Notes: generated by a model not told the origin, from the letters alone. DNA of 64,000 nt from Thermodesulfobacteriota bacterium (GCA_963422265.1 OY729416.1:32001-96000); one strand, 5' to 3'. Shown: positions 18,461-30,147, counted from the first letter of the stretch. Made by a program: numbers and translations.

Positions 18461-19663
18461 CTAACGATCTAAGAGTGACAATGTTTTTTTTCTCGCCCAC
18501 TCGTCGCTTTCTAACACTTCTTCGAGCTCGGAGGCAGGTCCAGCTCTGTGTGAATTCATAACCTTTCTTACAATACGCGCAATATCAGTGAAACCGATCC
18601 GTTCCGATAAGAACGCCTCTACCGCGACCTCGTTCGCCCCGTTTATTACGGACGGCACGTCGCCTCCTTGTTGTAAAGCGTCCAAGGCTATTGATAGGCA
18701 GGGGTATCTTTCATAATCCACCCCCATAAAGCTAAGCTCACCAAAGCCGTTAGGGCAAGCCCCAAAGCTAATATGAGCGTCTTCCTCCGCGTCAATTTTA
18801 TGGCTTAGCGATATCCTATCAGGGTAGGAGAGCGCATAGGCAATCGGTATTTTCATATCGGGCTCGCTCATTTGCGAGATGACCGACCCATCTATGTATT
18901 CTACCATAGAGTGCACTATGCTCTGAGGGTGAATCCATACCGATATGTTTTTGGGGGCAAATCCGAAAAGCCAACTTGCCTCGATTACCTCAAAGCCTTT
19001 ATTCATTAACGTAGCTGAATCTATGGAGATTTTTCTCCCCATTTTCCACGTCGGATGATTTAAGGCGAGCGCAACCGATACCCTATCCAATTCTTTCTTA
19101 GGGGTGTTTAGAAACGGTCCCCCCGAAGCCGTTAGTATAAGTCTTTGGACGTCTTTTAACCCTTCTTTGAGTATGCGCGAGGACGGTGGCCGCCCACGTG
19201 CGAGAACCTGAAAGACCGCGCTGTGCTCGCTATCAACCGGTAGCAGGGAGGCTTCGCTCTTTCTTGCCTCTCTTGTTATGATTTCCCCTGCTATAACAAG
19301 AGACTCTTTATTCGCTAAAGCTACGTCTTTCCCTGCTTTTACGGCGGATAGTGTGGGCTTGAGACCCGCTGCGCCGACCATAGCCGACACGACCAAATCC
19401 GCCTCGTCCAAAGCAGCTATCGTGCTCGCCCCCTTCTCTCCGTATAAAACCTCGATCCCTTTATGAGAGAGCTCTCTGGCTGATTCTCCGTTGGTGACGG
19501 ATACTACTTTGGGTCTAAACTTCGCGATCTGTTCTTCAAGTAGTCTAACGTTCTTGCCAGCGGCGAGTCCTACTACGCAAAAGCGCTCTGGGAATCGTGA
19601 GACAACTTCGAGCGTCTGTCTTCCTATTGAGCCCGTTGAGCCGAGTATGGAAATTCTCTTCAA
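18461..19663 (-). CDS. dxr: 1-deoxy-D-xylulose-5-phosphate reductoisomerase
   Basis: LGSTGSIG, LANKESL, PVDSEH, TASGGPF and HPTW.MG.KISIDSATLMNKG. Confidence 0.97.
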   Translation of the reverse strand: MKRISILGSTGSIGRQTLEVVSRFPERFCVVGLAAGKNVRLLEEQIAKFRPKVVSVTNGESARELSHKGIEVLYGEKGASTIAALDEADLVVSAMVGAAGLKPTLSAVKAGKDVALANKESLVIAGEIITREARKSEASLLPVDSEHSAVFQVLARGRPPSSRILKEGLKDVQRLILTASGGPFLNTPKKELDRVSVALALNHPTWKMGRKISIDSATLMNKGFEVIEASWLFGFAPKNISVWIHPQSIVHSMVEYIDGSVISQMSEPDMKIPIAYALSYPDRISLSHKIDAEEDAHISFGACPNGFGELSFMGVDYERYPCLSIALDALQQGGDVPSVINGANEVAVEAFLSERIGFTDIARIVRKVMNSHRAGPASELEEVLESDEWARKKTLSLLDR

Positions 19664-20424
19664 AATTTTATCCGAACTTTTCTCGCCTGCTCGCCTATGA
19701 GTCCGAATCTCCTCTCTCGCCTCTGATAGTTGAGTATGGCTTTAACAAGGTGTCTTTTTCTAAAGTCAGGCCAGAGAGTCCTAGTTACGTATATCTCTGC
19801 ATAGGCGATCTGCCATAGCAGAAAGTTAGAGAGCCTCATTTCGCCGCTAGTTCGTATCAGCAGGTCTAGCTCCGGCAGATCGTGTGCATATAGAAAGCGG
19901 GAAAAGGTAGCCTGATCAATGTCTTCGATATTTATCTTATCATCAGTGGCTATTTGCTTAGCCGCGTCTATTATTTCTTCCCTCCCGCCATAGCTAAGCG
20001 CCAGGGTTAGGTTCATGAGCTGGCAATGCCCCGTCTCTTTTATAGTATCGGTAAGTGCTTTATGCACGTCCGGGGGGAGCTCGTGCGTCCTCCCTATCGC
20101 ATTTAGCCTTATATCGTTTTTTATAAGCGAGTCGCGTTCATTCAGCAGGTATTGTTTTAACATCTCCATTAGGAATCTGACTTCGTCTGCGGGTCTCTTC
20201 CAGTTTTGGACCGAAAACACATACAGGGTTAGGTTCCTAACGCCAAGTTCCTCACAAGCCCGCGCTACCGCCCGCGCCGATTTTATCCCCTCTTCGTATC
20301 CCCTTATGCGTTCCACGTTTTTCTTCTCCGCCCACCTGCCGTTTCCATCCATTATGATCGCTATATGATTGGGTAGCCTATCTTTATCTATTAGAGATTC
20401 AAGCTTTGTTTTCATGTTTTTCAT
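19660..20424 (-). CDS. uppS: Undecaprenyl diphosphate synthase
   Basis: HIAIIMDGNGRWA, SYGGR.EI, IRTSGE.RLSNFLLWQ and RRFG. Confidence 0.97.
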   Translation of the reverse strand: MKNMKTKLESLIDKDRLPNHIAIIMDGNGRWAEKKNVERIRGYEEGIKSARAVARACEELGVRNLTLYVFSVQNWKRPADEVRFLMEMLKQYLLNERDSLIKNDIRLNAIGRTHELPPDVHKALTDTIKETGHCQLMNLTLALSYGGREEIIDAAKQIATDDKINIEDIDQATFSRFLYAHDLPELDLLIRTSGEMRLSNFLLWQIAYAEIYVTRTLWPDFRKRHLVKAILNYQRRERRFGLIGEQARKVRIKF

Positions 20425-20443
20425 CTGTCAGCGGGCGCTATAA

Positions 20444-20668
20444 TCACTTTTCATATATTGGCTTTACGGTATAAGATAAAGGCGTGGTGATGAAGATGAT
20501 AATAGCAAGCACGGTCATTATAACTAAGAAGGTGGCGCAATAGACTAAAATTGAAGCTGGTATAAAAGCCAGTCTATAGAGAAAAAACCAGTCTTTCGAC
20601 GTTTGCATTACGATAGATCCGTAGCTTTCAACAAACCTGCTTAGTACAGTGAAAATCATATTGAACAT
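20444..20668 (-). CDS. Small hypothetical membrane protein
   Basis: 74-aa ORF with a long hydrophobic stretch and a G-rich SD-like sequence upstream; co-oriented with uppS. Confidence 0.5.
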   Translation of the reverse strand: MFNMIFTVLSRFVESYGSIVMQTSKDWFFLYRLAFIPASILVYCATFLVIMTVLAIIIFITTPLSYTVKPIYEK

Positions 20669-20956
20669 TGAGCCACCCCCTTTAACATACTAACATTTAA
20701 CATATACAATTGTTTAAGTAGGGGCAAGAGATGGGGCTTATACGTCTATTTCGTAATTGTTCAAGCCACGCCGCCCCAGCACCGATTGCGTAAAGCGAGA
20801 CGGGGTGAAGGCTCAGATTGCACGGGGTGAAGGATCAGATTGCATTGTATAAAGGAAGTAAAGAGGGTTGGATAATGGCAAGCTATAGAATTGGCTTGGT
20901 GATATGGAAATGAGGAAGTAGCTTATTCTTTAACTAAATAACATTAAAGAGAGGAT

Positions 20957-22777
20957 ATGAAAATGGCTAATGCTGTGGGGAACGCGGACGTCGGATTAGA
21001 CGGGACAAGTTGGGATCTTAGCGATCTTTATTCAAGCCTTCAAGATCACAAAATAGAAGAGGATATTGACCATCTATTTAGGAAGGCAGAGAGCTTTGAG
21101 AAAAAATACAGGGGTAAGATAAATTCGCCGTCCCTAACCCCTAACACCCTCCTTAAAGCCGTCACGGAGCTTGAATCAATAAGCGAGCGGATCGGCAAAT
21201 TGCTGTCTTACGCCTACCTAGTCTTCGCAGCCGATACGAGCAAGCCTGAGCACGGGGGGTTTCTCCAAAAAGTTCAGGAGAAAACGACTGAGGTGAGAAA
21301 GCTCCTTATATTCTTTGAGCTTGAGTGGATAGCCTTAAACAGTGACAAGGTTAACAAGCTTCTTAGGGACGAGGTGCTATCGCATTACGCCCATTTCCTA
21401 GAGAAACAGAGAAAGTATAAGCCCCACAGGTTGAGTGAGCTAGAGGAGAAGGTATGCGACGAAAAGGACAACACGGGAGCGAGGGCTTTTAAGAGGCTAT
21501 TCGATGAAGCGCTAAGCAATATACGCTTTAAGGTGAGGCTACACGGCAAGATTGCTTCGCTTTCTGAAACTGAAACCCTCGCGCTTTTATACGATCCCGA
21601 TCGGCGGAAAAGAAAAGCCGCGGCAAGGGGTCTTACCAAGGGGCTCAAAGAAAACGCGCACGTGCTCACATTTATTTTTAACACCCTGGTTCACGACCAT
21701 TCCATAAGCGACCGACTGCGATCATTCGCTTATCCAATGGCTTCGCGCCATCTGGATAACGAGATAGATAAACAGACCGTCGAGTCGCTTATGAAGTCCT
21801 GTGAGAGAAACTACGATATGGTGGATTCATATTATAAGCTCAAGAAAAATCTGCTCGGCATAAGAAATTTTTATGACTATGATCGTTACGCCCCAATCCT
21901 CTCGGACTCTAACAAAATCCCGTATAACGAGAGTAGGAGAATCATACTCACCTCATTTAACAAGTTTTCTCCAAAGATGTCCACAATCGCCGAAAGGTTT
22001 TTCGAAAAGCGCTGGATTGATTCCGAGCGAAGGGATGGGAAACGGGGCGGGGCGTTCAGCCACGGGACGGTGCCGAGCGCACATCCCTACGTGCTTACAA
22101 ACTACACTGGCAGAATGAGGGACGTAATGACGCTAGCTCACGAGTTGGGACACGGCGTTCATCAATACCTCTCAGGGGAGCAGGGCTATTTTCAGTCCGA
22201 TACACCGCTTACGACCGCGGAGACTGCGAGCGTGTTTGCCGAGATGCTGGTATTTCACGCTTTAATGGAGGGTGAAACGAGCCCGCAAGCTAGGCTTTCC
22301 ATTATATGCGGCAAACTCGAAGATATATTTGCCACAGTTTTCCGTCAGGTTGTGCTCACACGGTTTGAAGAACGTATGCACGAGGCCAGAAGGAGCAAGG
22401 GAGAGCTTGCTATCGAGGCGATAAACGAAATATGGATAGAGGCTAATAAGCCTATGTTTGGAGATTCCGTTCAAATGACGGAAGATTACTCTTACTGGTG
22501 GATGTATATACCGCATTTTATTCATTCGCCGTTTTACTGCTACGCTTATTCCTTTGGAGAGCTTTTGGCTTTGGCTCTTTACGGTAGATACGTAAGCGAG
22601 GGCGACGCGTTCGTTCCGCGTTACATACAGCTTCTTTCCTCGGGCGGGAGTAGGTCACCAGATGAGCTGCTTAGACTCGTTGAGGTGAATATAAAAGATC
22701 CTAACTTTTGGCAGGGTGGGCTTAACCTGCTGGGTGAGATGGTGGCAGAAGCTATAGAATTAGCAGCGACTGTCTAA
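20957..22777 (+). CDS. pepF: Oligoendopeptidase F (M3B)
   Basis: WDL.DLY, GK.GGAF, TLAHELGH, AETAS.F.E and PHF...PFY.YAY. Confidence 0.92.
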   Translation: MKMANAVGNADVGLDGTSWDLSDLYSSLQDHKIEEDIDHLFRKAESFEKKYRGKINSPSLTPNTLLKAVTELESISERIGKLLSYAYLVFAADTSKPEHGGFLQKVQEKTTEVRKLLIFFELEWIALNSDKVNKLLRDEVLSHYAHFLEKQRKYKPHRLSELEEKVCDEKDNTGARAFKRLFDEALSNIRFKVRLHGKIASLSETETLALLYDPDRRKRKAAARGLTKGLKENAHVLTFIFNTLVHDHSISDRLRSFAYPMASRHLDNEIDKQTVESLMKSCERNYDMVDSYYKLKKNLLGIRNFYDYDRYAPILSDSNKIPYNESRRIILTSFNKFSPKMSTIAERFFEKRWIDSERRDGKRGGAFSHGTVPSAHPYVLTNYTGRMRDVMTLAHELGHGVHQYLSGEQGYFQSDTPLTTAETASVFAEMLVFHALMEGETSPQARLSIICGKLEDIFATVFRQVVLTRFEERMHEARRSKGELAIEAINEIWIEANKPMFGDSVQMTEDYSYWWMYIPHFIHSPFYCYAYSFGELLALALYGRYVSEGDAFVPRYIQLLSSGGSRSPDELLRLVEVNIKDPNFWQGGLNLLGEMVAEAIELAATV

Positions 22778-23382
22778 AGTTGCGCAGGCGCCTTCCCCTG
22801 CTTTGAGGCTTAAAGGGGCGGGGATTGTCTTGCTATGAGGTTGACTATATATTTATTTCTCCTCATCAGTTGGCGCCAGAGGTCGTAGAGGGCGCTAAAA
22901 TCTTTATCTTTTGTCCGCACAACGTCTGTCTGTAAATGGGATTCAGAGAGAATAAACAAGTAGCAGCGAGGTAGTAAAGAGAAGGGGGTAACAAGAAGAG
23001 TAATGGGACTGATTGACAACGTTAGAAAGAAACGGGATTCGTGGATAAGCAGGTTTGAAGAGCATCGTCAGGATGAGGAATATGATGCGCATAATCTGGA
23101 TACCGCTGGGGAAGAAGAACGGATTTTAGGAAACAGAAGAAAGGTCGGCGTGTTTCCGAAAGTTCAACAAGGTAAAGATGTCAAGAAAAAGTAGCTGGTA
23201 GTGGTTTTATTAGACTTGACAAGCTGCGGATTATGTTTCATCTTGCTCTTGGCACGCTCGCTTTGCGTGCACTAGGTTGAACGGCGTTATTATAGGCATT
23301 AGAATAATAATTTAGGATAATAGCGGTAGCGTTAAAATAATAACGGTATTAAACATTATTAAAACAAAAGGAGGTTTTGTTA

Positions 23383-23574
23383 ATGCCCGGAATTGTTGTA
23401 GGAAACAACGAGAGCATAGATAGCGCGCTTAAAAGATTTAAGAAACAGGTTGAGAAAGGGGGAGTAATTGCCGAGATTAGAAAGAGAGAGTTTTACGAAA
23501 AACCGAGTGAAAAGAAGAAGAAAAAGCTCTTTGCCGCGAAAAAGCGCGTTGTGAGACACGGCGGTAGAAGTTGA
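23383..23574 (+). CDS. rpsU: 30S ribosomal protein S21
   Basis: ALKRFKK...G...[19 protein letters not shown] upstream of ATG 23383. Confidence 0.95.
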   Translation: MPGIVVGNNESIDSALKRFKKQVEKGGVIAEIRKREFYEKPSEKKKKKLFAAKKRVVRHGGRS

Positions 23575-23601
23575 CAATTATGAATTAAGTAAAAATGATA
23601 G

Positions 23602-25419
23602 ATGGACAGGTTTAACAATGAGGATGTTGTTAAAGAAGTAAAAAGGAGGTTGAGTATTATAGACCTCGTACAAAGCTATACATCTATCCAAAAAAAGGGA
23701 AAGAGCTACTTAGGGATTTGTCCATTCCATGATGATAGCAACCCTTCTATGAATGTCGATGAGGAAAAGGGTTTGTTTCACTGTTTTAGCTGTGGGGCTG
23801 GTGGTGACCTCATAGGTTTTTACATGAGATATAACCACCTTTCCTTTCCCGAAGCGTTATCCGAGCTTGCTAAGAAAGCCAATGTCGAAATAAAAACGCG
23901 CCGTTCCCCAATCCGCAATTTTAAGTCAGTAATATCTCAAAACAGTAGATTATATAAGGTTAATTCTATAGCTTCCAAATTTTACCAAGACGTCCTGTTG
24001 AATAGTCCAGAAGCTAAGCTGGCAAGAGGCTACCTTGAAAAAAGAAATATACGGTCTGAGATTATAAAGGAGTTTGCCCTGGGTTATGCCCCCAAGGGTT
24101 GGGACGGGCTGGCTAACCTTTTTGTCAAGCGCAAGGTTCCATTGGACGTTGCTGAGAGAACAGGTCTGATTGTTAAAAGGAATAATGCCGAGGGGTATTA
24201 TGACAGGTTTAGAAATAGGATAATGTTTCCGATTATGGACGTTGATCAAAGGGTGATAGGTTTTGGAGGAAGAGTTTTAGACCAAGGGGCTGACGGGAAC
24301 GTGTCTAAGTATATTAATTCTCCTGAATCTGAGATTTACCATAAGAGAAGCAATTTTTATGGGCTTAATAAATCTAAAGACTATATTAGAAAGCAGAGAG
24401 AAGCCATAGTCGTTGAGGGATATACTGACTTTCTGTCCCTTTATTCCCGAGGTATTAAACACGTAGTAGCTACGTTGGGGACCGCCCTTACGGGCGAGCA
24501 CGTTTCTATTCTAAAGCGCTACGCCGACAAGGTTATCTTGGTATTCGATGGAGATAGCTCCGGAACCAAGGCCGCCGTTAGATCTCTTGAACTTTTTTTG
24601 GAGCGCGAGGTTACGCCTTACATCGCGCTCATTCCCGATGGTGGAGACCCGGATTCATTCATTTCATCTCAGGGAGAAGAGGAGTTCCAGCATCTAATAC
24701 GAAATTCAACGAACCTAATTAATTTCGTCGTGGATGCGACTGCAAGGAAGTTTGCGAGTGGCGGCATTACTTTACGTCAAAGCGTAATGGAGGTTACGGC
24801 TTTGTTGGCTAAGCTTAAAAACCCGGTGGAAAGAAGCGCTTCCGTCAAAAGGATAGCCGAGAGACTTGGCGTTAGGGAAAGTGGGATTTTGTCTATGGTC
24901 AAGGCGGATAGAAGTCGCGGTAGCATATACGGGGGAGCGCGGGCGGGCGGCGAAACCGGTAAAAGGGCTTCCGCAGCTAACGATAGAGAGATGCTTGTCT
25001 TAAAGCTACTGCTTCATTTTCCTCACCTTTCGGCTTTAGTCAATAAAGAGGATTGGCGTGATTTTATCTCGAGCCGTGAGATAAAATCAATATTAGAAGA
25101 ATTTATTGAAAACGGTTTGAGCGACGCGTCATCTCTTCTCGCTAGGTTTAATAACAGCTCGTCCCAAGAGATTATTTCCGAAGCGTTGATGTCTCCCTCA
25201 CTCGGCGTGTTTGATAAAGAGACAGCGTATAAAATGTTGCTCGGATGTATTAATAAGTTAAAGTCGAGCAGGACTCAAGAGAAGCTCAAAGTCCTACGAT
25301 TGGAAATGCAGGAGGCGGTCAAGAACAAAGACTTTTCTTCTCAAAAACGTCTTTTAATAGAGTATAGCAATATGATTAAGCTAAATAATAGGGGCTATGG
25401 AGAACCTGATGGGCAATAG
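23602..25419 (+). CDS. dnaG: DNA primase
   Basis: CPFH..CFSC zinc finger, [23 protein letters not shown] and FDGD. Confidence 0.97.
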   Translation: MDRFNNEDVVKEVKRRLSIIDLVQSYTSIQKKGKSYLGICPFHDDSNPSMNVDEEKGLFHCFSCGAGGDLIGFYMRYNHLSFPEALSELAKKANVEIKTRRSPIRNFKSVISQNSRLYKVNSIASKFYQDVLLNSPEAKLARGYLEKRNIRSEIIKEFALGYAPKGWDGLANLFVKRKVPLDVAERTGLIVKRNNAEGYYDRFRNRIMFPIMDVDQRVIGFGGRVLDQGADGNVSKYINSPESEIYHKRSNFYGLNKSKDYIRKQREAIVVEGYTDFLSLYSRGIKHVVATLGTALTGEHVSILKRYADKVILVFDGDSSGTKAAVRSLELFLEREVTPYIALIPDGGDPDSFISSQGEEEFQHLIRNSTNLINFVVDATARKFASGGITLRQSVMEVTALLAKLKNPVERSASVKRIAERLGVRESGILSMVKADRSRGSIYGGARAGGETGKRASAANDREMLVLKLLLHFPHLSALVNKEDWRDFISSREIKSILEEFIENGLSDASSLLARFNNSSSQEIISEALMSPSLGVFDKETAYKMLLGCINKLKSSRTQEKLKVLRLEMQEAVKNKDFSSQKRLLIEYSNMIKLNNRGYGEPDGQ

Positions 25420-26998
25420 CAAGAAAGACCGATTAGGAATGGAGGCAGTCAGAGGGACGAGGCTTTACGATTCTACTGGTCAAGGTTATTCAGAGGGATG
25501 TGAGATAGGAGAGAAAGGCTTATGTTCGCGGGACGTCAATAAGCGCTTGGGCGATGAAAACGGCGACGAGAATGGCGGCGGCGTAGGCAGACTGAGATTT
25601 AATGACGTTGGCGAGAACGTGGATGAACATGACTTAATACGCTCCTACCTACATGAAATAGCCGAACATTCCCTTCTTACCAGGGAGCAGGAAATAAGAA
25701 TTGCAAGGGAAATAGAGGTGGGCAGGAAAATAGTTGCAAGGGGTGTGCTGGGTTCTTCCGTAATCCTAAAAGAGATTCTTGCCTTGAGTGAAGAGCTTCA
25801 CAAAGGGAGTCTTAACGTTGAGGATACGAGTGATTCTTCTAGGGAGACTGGGATGCCCACTTGCGCCGTGCAGGTGGAGGACGAAGAGGAACGTCTGAGA
25901 ATAAGGAACTGCGTAAACGCTATAAATGAGCTTCGTATGGACAACGATCAAGCCTGCTTGCAATTGATTAAGGCTTCGTGGAGAAAGAGGAAAATCCTTT
26001 CTGAAAGGATCAGAAACAATGATTCCGCGATGTTTATGTGCCTTAGGGCAATTAATTTAAACGCTAGGCAAATGGAGAGGGTTCTGTCAGCCGCTGGAAG
26101 CTATGTGAACGGAGTGCAAGTGGGTTTATATCACTTGCCGGAATACGAAAAGAAAGCAAGCGACTCTAGCCATAAAGAGAAAAGGGCGGCGCGGTTCACT
26201 GACTTAACTATGCGAAACCTCAAGAAATCGCTTAGAAAGATAGAAAAGGGCAAGCGATTATTTGATAGGGCGAGTAAGAAGCTAATAGAATCCAACCTCC
26301 GCCTGGTTGTTAGTATCGCGCGCAACTATCTTAACCGAGGTCTCCCTTTTCTCGACCTGATACAAGAGGGCAACATGGGTCTTATGAGGGCAGTCGAGAA
26401 ATTCGACTACAAGAGGGGTTATAAATTTTCTACTTATGCTACCTGGTGGATAAAACAGGGGATTACAAGACCTCTTGCAGATCGGGCGAGAATAATAAGA
26501 GTGCCAGCCCACATGAACGATATTCTTAACCGTATAGCGAAGGCGACAAGGCAACTAGTGCAGGAGTTGGGGCGTGAGCCGCTTCCCGAAGAGATAGCCG
26601 AGAAAACGCACATGCCGGTTGACAAGATCACTGACGCACTCAAAGTCTCAAAGGATCCGGTCTCACTAGACGCTCCGATTGGAGATAAGGATGATAGCAT
26701 CCTGATTGATTTGATAGAAGATTCAAGCACCGCTTCGCCTGCTGAAACTTTGGAGATGAAAGAGCTCAGACAAATAATAAGCAATGTCCTTTCTTCGACT
26801 CTTAACAACAGAGAGGAAAGCATTGTCCGGATGAGATTTGGTATTGATGACAAGAAGGAATACACCCTTGAGGAAGTCGGGCACCAGTTTAACGTAACTA
26901 GGGAAAGGATTAGACAGATTGAAATTAAAGCGATGAAAAAATTAAAGCGAGCTGGGAAGAAGACCTATCCGATTAAAATCTACGCGGAAGAGGCGTAG
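25397..26998 (+). CDS. rpoD: RNA polymerase sigma-70 factor (RpoD position, divergent)
   Basis: [31 protein letters not shown] and [17 protein letters not shown]; follows dnaG. Confidence 0.9.
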   Translation: MENLMGNSKKDRLGMEAVRGTRLYDSTGQGYSEGCEIGEKGLCSRDVNKRLGDENGDENGGGVGRLRFNDVGENVDEHDLIRSYLHEIAEHSLLTREQEIRIAREIEVGRKIVARGVLGSSVILKEILALSEELHKGSLNVEDTSDSSRETGMPTCAVQVEDEEERLRIRNCVNAINELRMDNDQACLQLIKASWRKRKILSERIRNNDSAMFMCLRAINLNARQMERVLSAAGSYVNGVQVGLYHLPEYEKKASDSSHKEKRAARFTDLTMRNLKKSLRKIEKGKRLFDRASKKLIESNLRLVVSIARNYLNRGLPFLDLIQEGNMGLMRAVEKFDYKRGYKFSTYATWWIKQGITRPLADRARIIRVPAHMNDILNRIAKATRQLVQELGREPLPEEIAEKTHMPVDKITDALKVSKDPVSLDAPIGDKDDSILIDLIEDSSTASPAETLEMKELRQIISNVLSSTLNNREESIVRMRFGIDDKKEYTLEEVGHQFNVTRERIRQIEIKAMKKLKRAGKKTYPIKIYAEEA

Positions 26999-27168
26999 GG
27001 AAGCGATGCCCAAATATTTATAGTGATTTGATATTCATTTGTAGGTCTTTTAAGGTTTCAAAAACCATTATTCCATGACTAGTCTTGTCGCTTTCAAAAA
27101 GTGAATATCCTGTTTTGCTATTCGTTTTCAAGACAATTTTCTTCTTATAATTGTTTCTTTGGCAGGCG

Positions 27169-27709
27169 TTATAAAGTTTCATTTTTGTTTCCCCTTAAAA
27201 ATCCATCTATTCCTTTGTTTCTTTGCACGGGAACGGCATTTAATTCGCTTAAAATTTCTAGGACGTCGTTGGATTGGTTTCTATATGAGTCTTTACTATT
27301 GGCAATTCGTTCTATGATATCCATCGGTTGTCGCGTCTCTCCATTTAATTTCGTTAATTTCGTACGCTTCGGGTTCTACTAAGCAATCTATCTCAAAAGT
27401 CTTCGGTTTGTTCCCTTGAACATTTGGAATCCGAATTTTTCTTTGAGCGTGCTCAAATTTGTCCTCAAAGCAGAGTATTGCCGCTTCTTCTAAAAAAGAA
27501 CCATCATATTTATAGAGAAAACATCCTTTGTTTTGGTAAAGACCTATTAGTTCACCCTCTTCGTTAGTTGTATCTAGCACTCTGTATATTAGGTAGTGAG
27601 ACCTGTCATCCTTTCTCATTTCTTTAGAATGAACGTCGATTCTTTGTTTTAAGTTTGATGCGTATTTCTCTGACAAGGTCTTCAATTTATCGTATATAGA
27701 AAGATTCAT
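27169..27709 (-). pseudogene. Truncated ApaLI-family restriction endonuclease (27296-27709) abutting a probable methyltransferase C-terminal fragment (27169-27324)
   Basis: SHYLIYRVL...YQNKG.FLYKY.GSFLEEA...PKTFEIDCL...EIKWRDATTDG, then an abrupt end. Another frame reads NAVPVQRNKGIDGFL. AT-rich. Family recognised from memory. Confidence 0.65.
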
Positions 27710-27787
27710 ATTATTCTCTTGACTTAGTTCAATATTCTTCAGGGCAAAAAATGTTATGTTATTAAATCATATTTTTGATCGAAGGTC

Positions 27788-27815
27788 TTGACTAAGTTTT
27801 ATCTTCATGTAAGTT
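27788..27815 (+). promoter_or_regulatory. Candidate sigma70 promoter for the solo 5S gene
   Basis: TTGACT-16 nt-TAAGTT, about 11 nt upstream of the 5S 5' end. Confidence 0.5.
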
Positions 27816-27826
27816 ACATATCAGAA

Positions 27827-27944
27827 TCTGGGTGATTATGCTAAAGAGGAAACACCCGGTCCCATACCGAACCCGGAAGTTAAGCTCTTTGAGGCCGATG
27901 CTACTGCCCCCGTAGGGGGGTGGGAAAGTAGGAAGTTGCCCTGA
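27827..27944 (+). rRNA. rrf: 5S rRNA (unlinked from the 16S-23S operon)
   Basis: ACACCCGGTCCCATACCGAACCCGGAAGTTAAGC, GCCGATG.TACT and GGGAAAGTAGG; the termini pair as helix I. Confidence 0.95.
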
Positions 27945-28011
27945 TTCTTTTTTCTCTCAACATGTAACTGCCTGCTGTAGATATTGCAGCCCCCTAGCGA
28001 TGAGGGCGTCC

Positions 28012-28647
28012 ATGGTGGATAACAATAGGGTGGATAACAATAGGGCGGACCAGAATAGAATAGCCGTATTCGCGTCAGGGAACGGCACAAACCTTCAGGC
28101 GATAATAGACGCTAAAATTTCTTCTCTCCATATAGCGCTTGTTTTTTGCAACAATTCCAGCGCCTATGCCATAGAAAGGGCTAAGAAGCATAAACTCCCT
28201 TTCATAGTTATTGATCATAAAGATTATAAAACTAGAGAGAGCTACGAAGAGGAAATAATAAAATCCCTTGAGCCCTTTAGAATAGATTACGTGGTTCTGG
28301 CAGGTTTTATGAGGGTGCTTTCTCCTTTATTCGTAAGGGCTTATAAGAATAGGATTATCAACGTGCATCCGGCACTTTTGCCGTCTTTCCCCGGTATGCA
28401 CGCGGTAAGGCAGGCTCTGGAATACGGCGTTAAATACACCGGCGTTACGGTTCATCTTGTTGACGAAGGTGTTGACACGGGTCCTATCATTTTACAATCG
28501 GTCGTTGAGGTAACGGATAGCGATACAGAGCTTACGCTTGCGGAGAAAATACACAAAGCGGAGCACAAAATATACCCGGAAGCCATCAAGCTTATTTGCG
28601 AGGAAAGAATTATAATTCAGGGTAGAAGGATCATCAAGAAATCTTAG
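28012..28647 (+). CDS. purN: Phosphoribosylglycinamide formyltransferase
   Basis: [29 protein letters not shown] and [16 protein letters not shown]. Confidence 0.96.
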   Translation: MVDNNRVDNNRADQNRIAVFASGNGTNLQAIIDAKISSLHIALVFCNNSSAYAIERAKKHKLPFIVIDHKDYKTRESYEEEIIKSLEPFRIDYVVLAGFMRVLSPLFVRAYKNRIINVHPALLPSFPGMHAVRQALEYGVKYTGVTVHLVDEGVDTGPIILQSVVEVTDSDTELTLAEKIHKAEHKIYPEAIKLICEERIIIQGRRIIKKS

Positions 28648-29663
28648 ATATCCCTGCCCACGGCTTTAGCCACTGGCGATGCCTTGTCCATTAATGCCTG
28701 AAACTTGCTAGGTTTGAGCGATTGTCCGCCATCGCTGATAGCTGCTTGGGGATTGTTGTGAACCTCTATCAACAAGCCGTCGGCGCCAGCCGCGATAGAT
28801 GCGAGAGCCATCGGCGTTACATACTGCCAGTAACCTGTGCCATGGCTGGGGTCGGCGATGACGGGGAGATGCGTTTTTTCTTTTAGAACGGGTATCGCGT
28901 TTAAGTCAAACGTATTTCTGGTAGCCGTTTCAAATGTTCTTATGCCTCTTTCACAGAGCATTACGTTATCGTTCCCCTCGGATAGGATATATTCGGCGCA
29001 CATTAGAAACTCTTTGATGCTAGTTGACATTCCCCGTTTTAGGAGGGTTGGCTTTCCCGTCCTGCCTACTTGTCTTAAGAGAGCGTAGTTTTGGGAGTTT
29101 CTTGCCCCGATTTGAAGAACGTCCGCGTAATCTACCACTGCGTCAAGGTCATGCGGGTCCAGTATTTCGGTTACGATGGGAAGTCCCGTAGCTTCTTTTG
29201 CCTTGGCGAGCAGCTTGAGTCCCTCAATCCCCATTCCTTGGAAGCTATAGGGAGAGGTCCTAGGCTTATACGCCCCACCCCTTAGCATTGACGCCCCTGA
29301 TCTTTTAATAGATAGAGCTATCTCCATTAGTTGCTCTTCAGTCTCAACGGAGCAGGGTCCCGCTATTACGGGGATTTTATTATTTCCTACTAATACGTCA
29401 TCAACCTTAAACTCGGTGTTTTCCGGTTTGAATTCTCTGCTCGCAATCTTGTGCGCTGGGAGTATGGGCACCACTTTCTCTACGCCCCCGAGTATGCTTA
29501 AAGCCTCAACGTCTTCTGGTTTTCCCCTTTCGTCTCCAACGGCGCCGATCACAGTTCTCAATACGCCTTCAATTGTGTGCGGTTGATAGCCGAGCTCTTT
29601 CATTACCTCTTTGGCTTTATCTATTTGTTCTAGAGACGCCCCATTTTTCATTACGATAATCAT
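28644..29663 (-). CDS. aroF: DAHP synthase (type I-beta with N-terminal regulatory domain)
   Basis: [41 protein letters not shown] and DPSH. Confidence 0.95.
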   Translation of the reverse strand: MIIVMKNGASLEQIDKAKEVMKELGYQPHTIEGVLRTVIGAVGDERGKPEDVEALSILGGVEKVVPILPAHKIASREFKPENTEFKVDDVLVGNNKIPVIAGPCSVETEEQLMEIALSIKRSGASMLRGGAYKPRTSPYSFQGMGIEGLKLLAKAKEATGLPIVTEILDPHDLDAVVDYADVLQIGARNSQNYALLRQVGRTGKPTLLKRGMSTSIKEFLMCAEYILSEGNDNVMLCERGIRTFETATRNTFDLNAIPVLKEKTHLPVIADPSHGTGYWQYVTPMALASIAAGADGLLIEVHNNPQAAISDGGQSLKPSKFQALMDKASPVAKAVGRDI

Positions 29664-29769
29664 CTGTCAGATTCCTCTATATTTTCTATAAGGCTTAAAC
29701 AATTAACGATACATGAGAAGCCAACGTTGTCAACAACTTGTGGGTGCATATTAAGCTCCCGCCCCTTCC

Positions 29770-29885
29770 GTCATTGTAGGGTTAATCCTTGTAGTTACCC
29801 TGTCAAAACATAGTTATCCTCGCCTCCGCGTCTTAGGGCGACCCCCCTTCAACAGGTTCAGGACATCGCTAGGGTCGCCCCTACA
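29770..29885. repeat. GTAG-type palindromic element with a nested second element
   Basis: GTAGGGTTAATCC...GGGCGACC[CCCCTTCAACAGGTTCAGGACATC]GCTAGGGTCGCCCCTAC. Confidence 0.75.
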
Positions 29886-30054
29886 GACAAAGAGACTGCT
29901 GAACCAATATTACAATTTCTACTTGCACCCACAGTAATTGGGGTGACGCTTAGGAATCTCAACGTCATCGCCATCTTTACGGTTCTTGAACTTAGTTCTC
30001 ATCGTGATATATTTTCCACTCTAGAGTTCGGTGGATTAGATACCTAAATAAAAC

Positions 30055-30129
30055 GGCGGCGTAGCTCAGGGGTAGAGCGGGGCTCTCATAAGGCCTGTGT
30101 CGGTGGTTCGATCCCACCCGTCGCCACCA
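30055..30129 (+). tRNA. tRNA-Met(CAT), elongator type
   Basis: GGCGGCGTAGCTCAG..., anticodon loop CTCATAA, GGTTCGATCC, CCA encoded. Position 1 is paired and the initiator GGG/CCC anticodon stem is absent. Confidence 0.9.
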
Positions 30130-30147
30130 GTTAAAGTTAGATTGCAT

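Noticed and set aside
20880-22762. AAGCTATAGAATT repeated on both sides of pepF as a target-site duplication
   Set aside because: 13-mer repeats are expected by chance in 64 kb, and one copy is coding.
22810-23194. ORFs 22810-23019 and 23003-23194 as genes or an IS remnant
   Set aside because: No recognisable motif or terminal repeats; left as unexplained intergenic sequence.
23249-23268. Sigma54 promoter upstream of rpsU (TGGCACG...TTGC)
   Set aside because: GG-to-GC spacing is 12 nt rather than the required 10.
27836-28090. Minus-strand ORF over 5S/purN (also 60457-60756 over rnpB/rnhA)
   Set aside because: Overlaps RNA genes and real CDSs in antisense.
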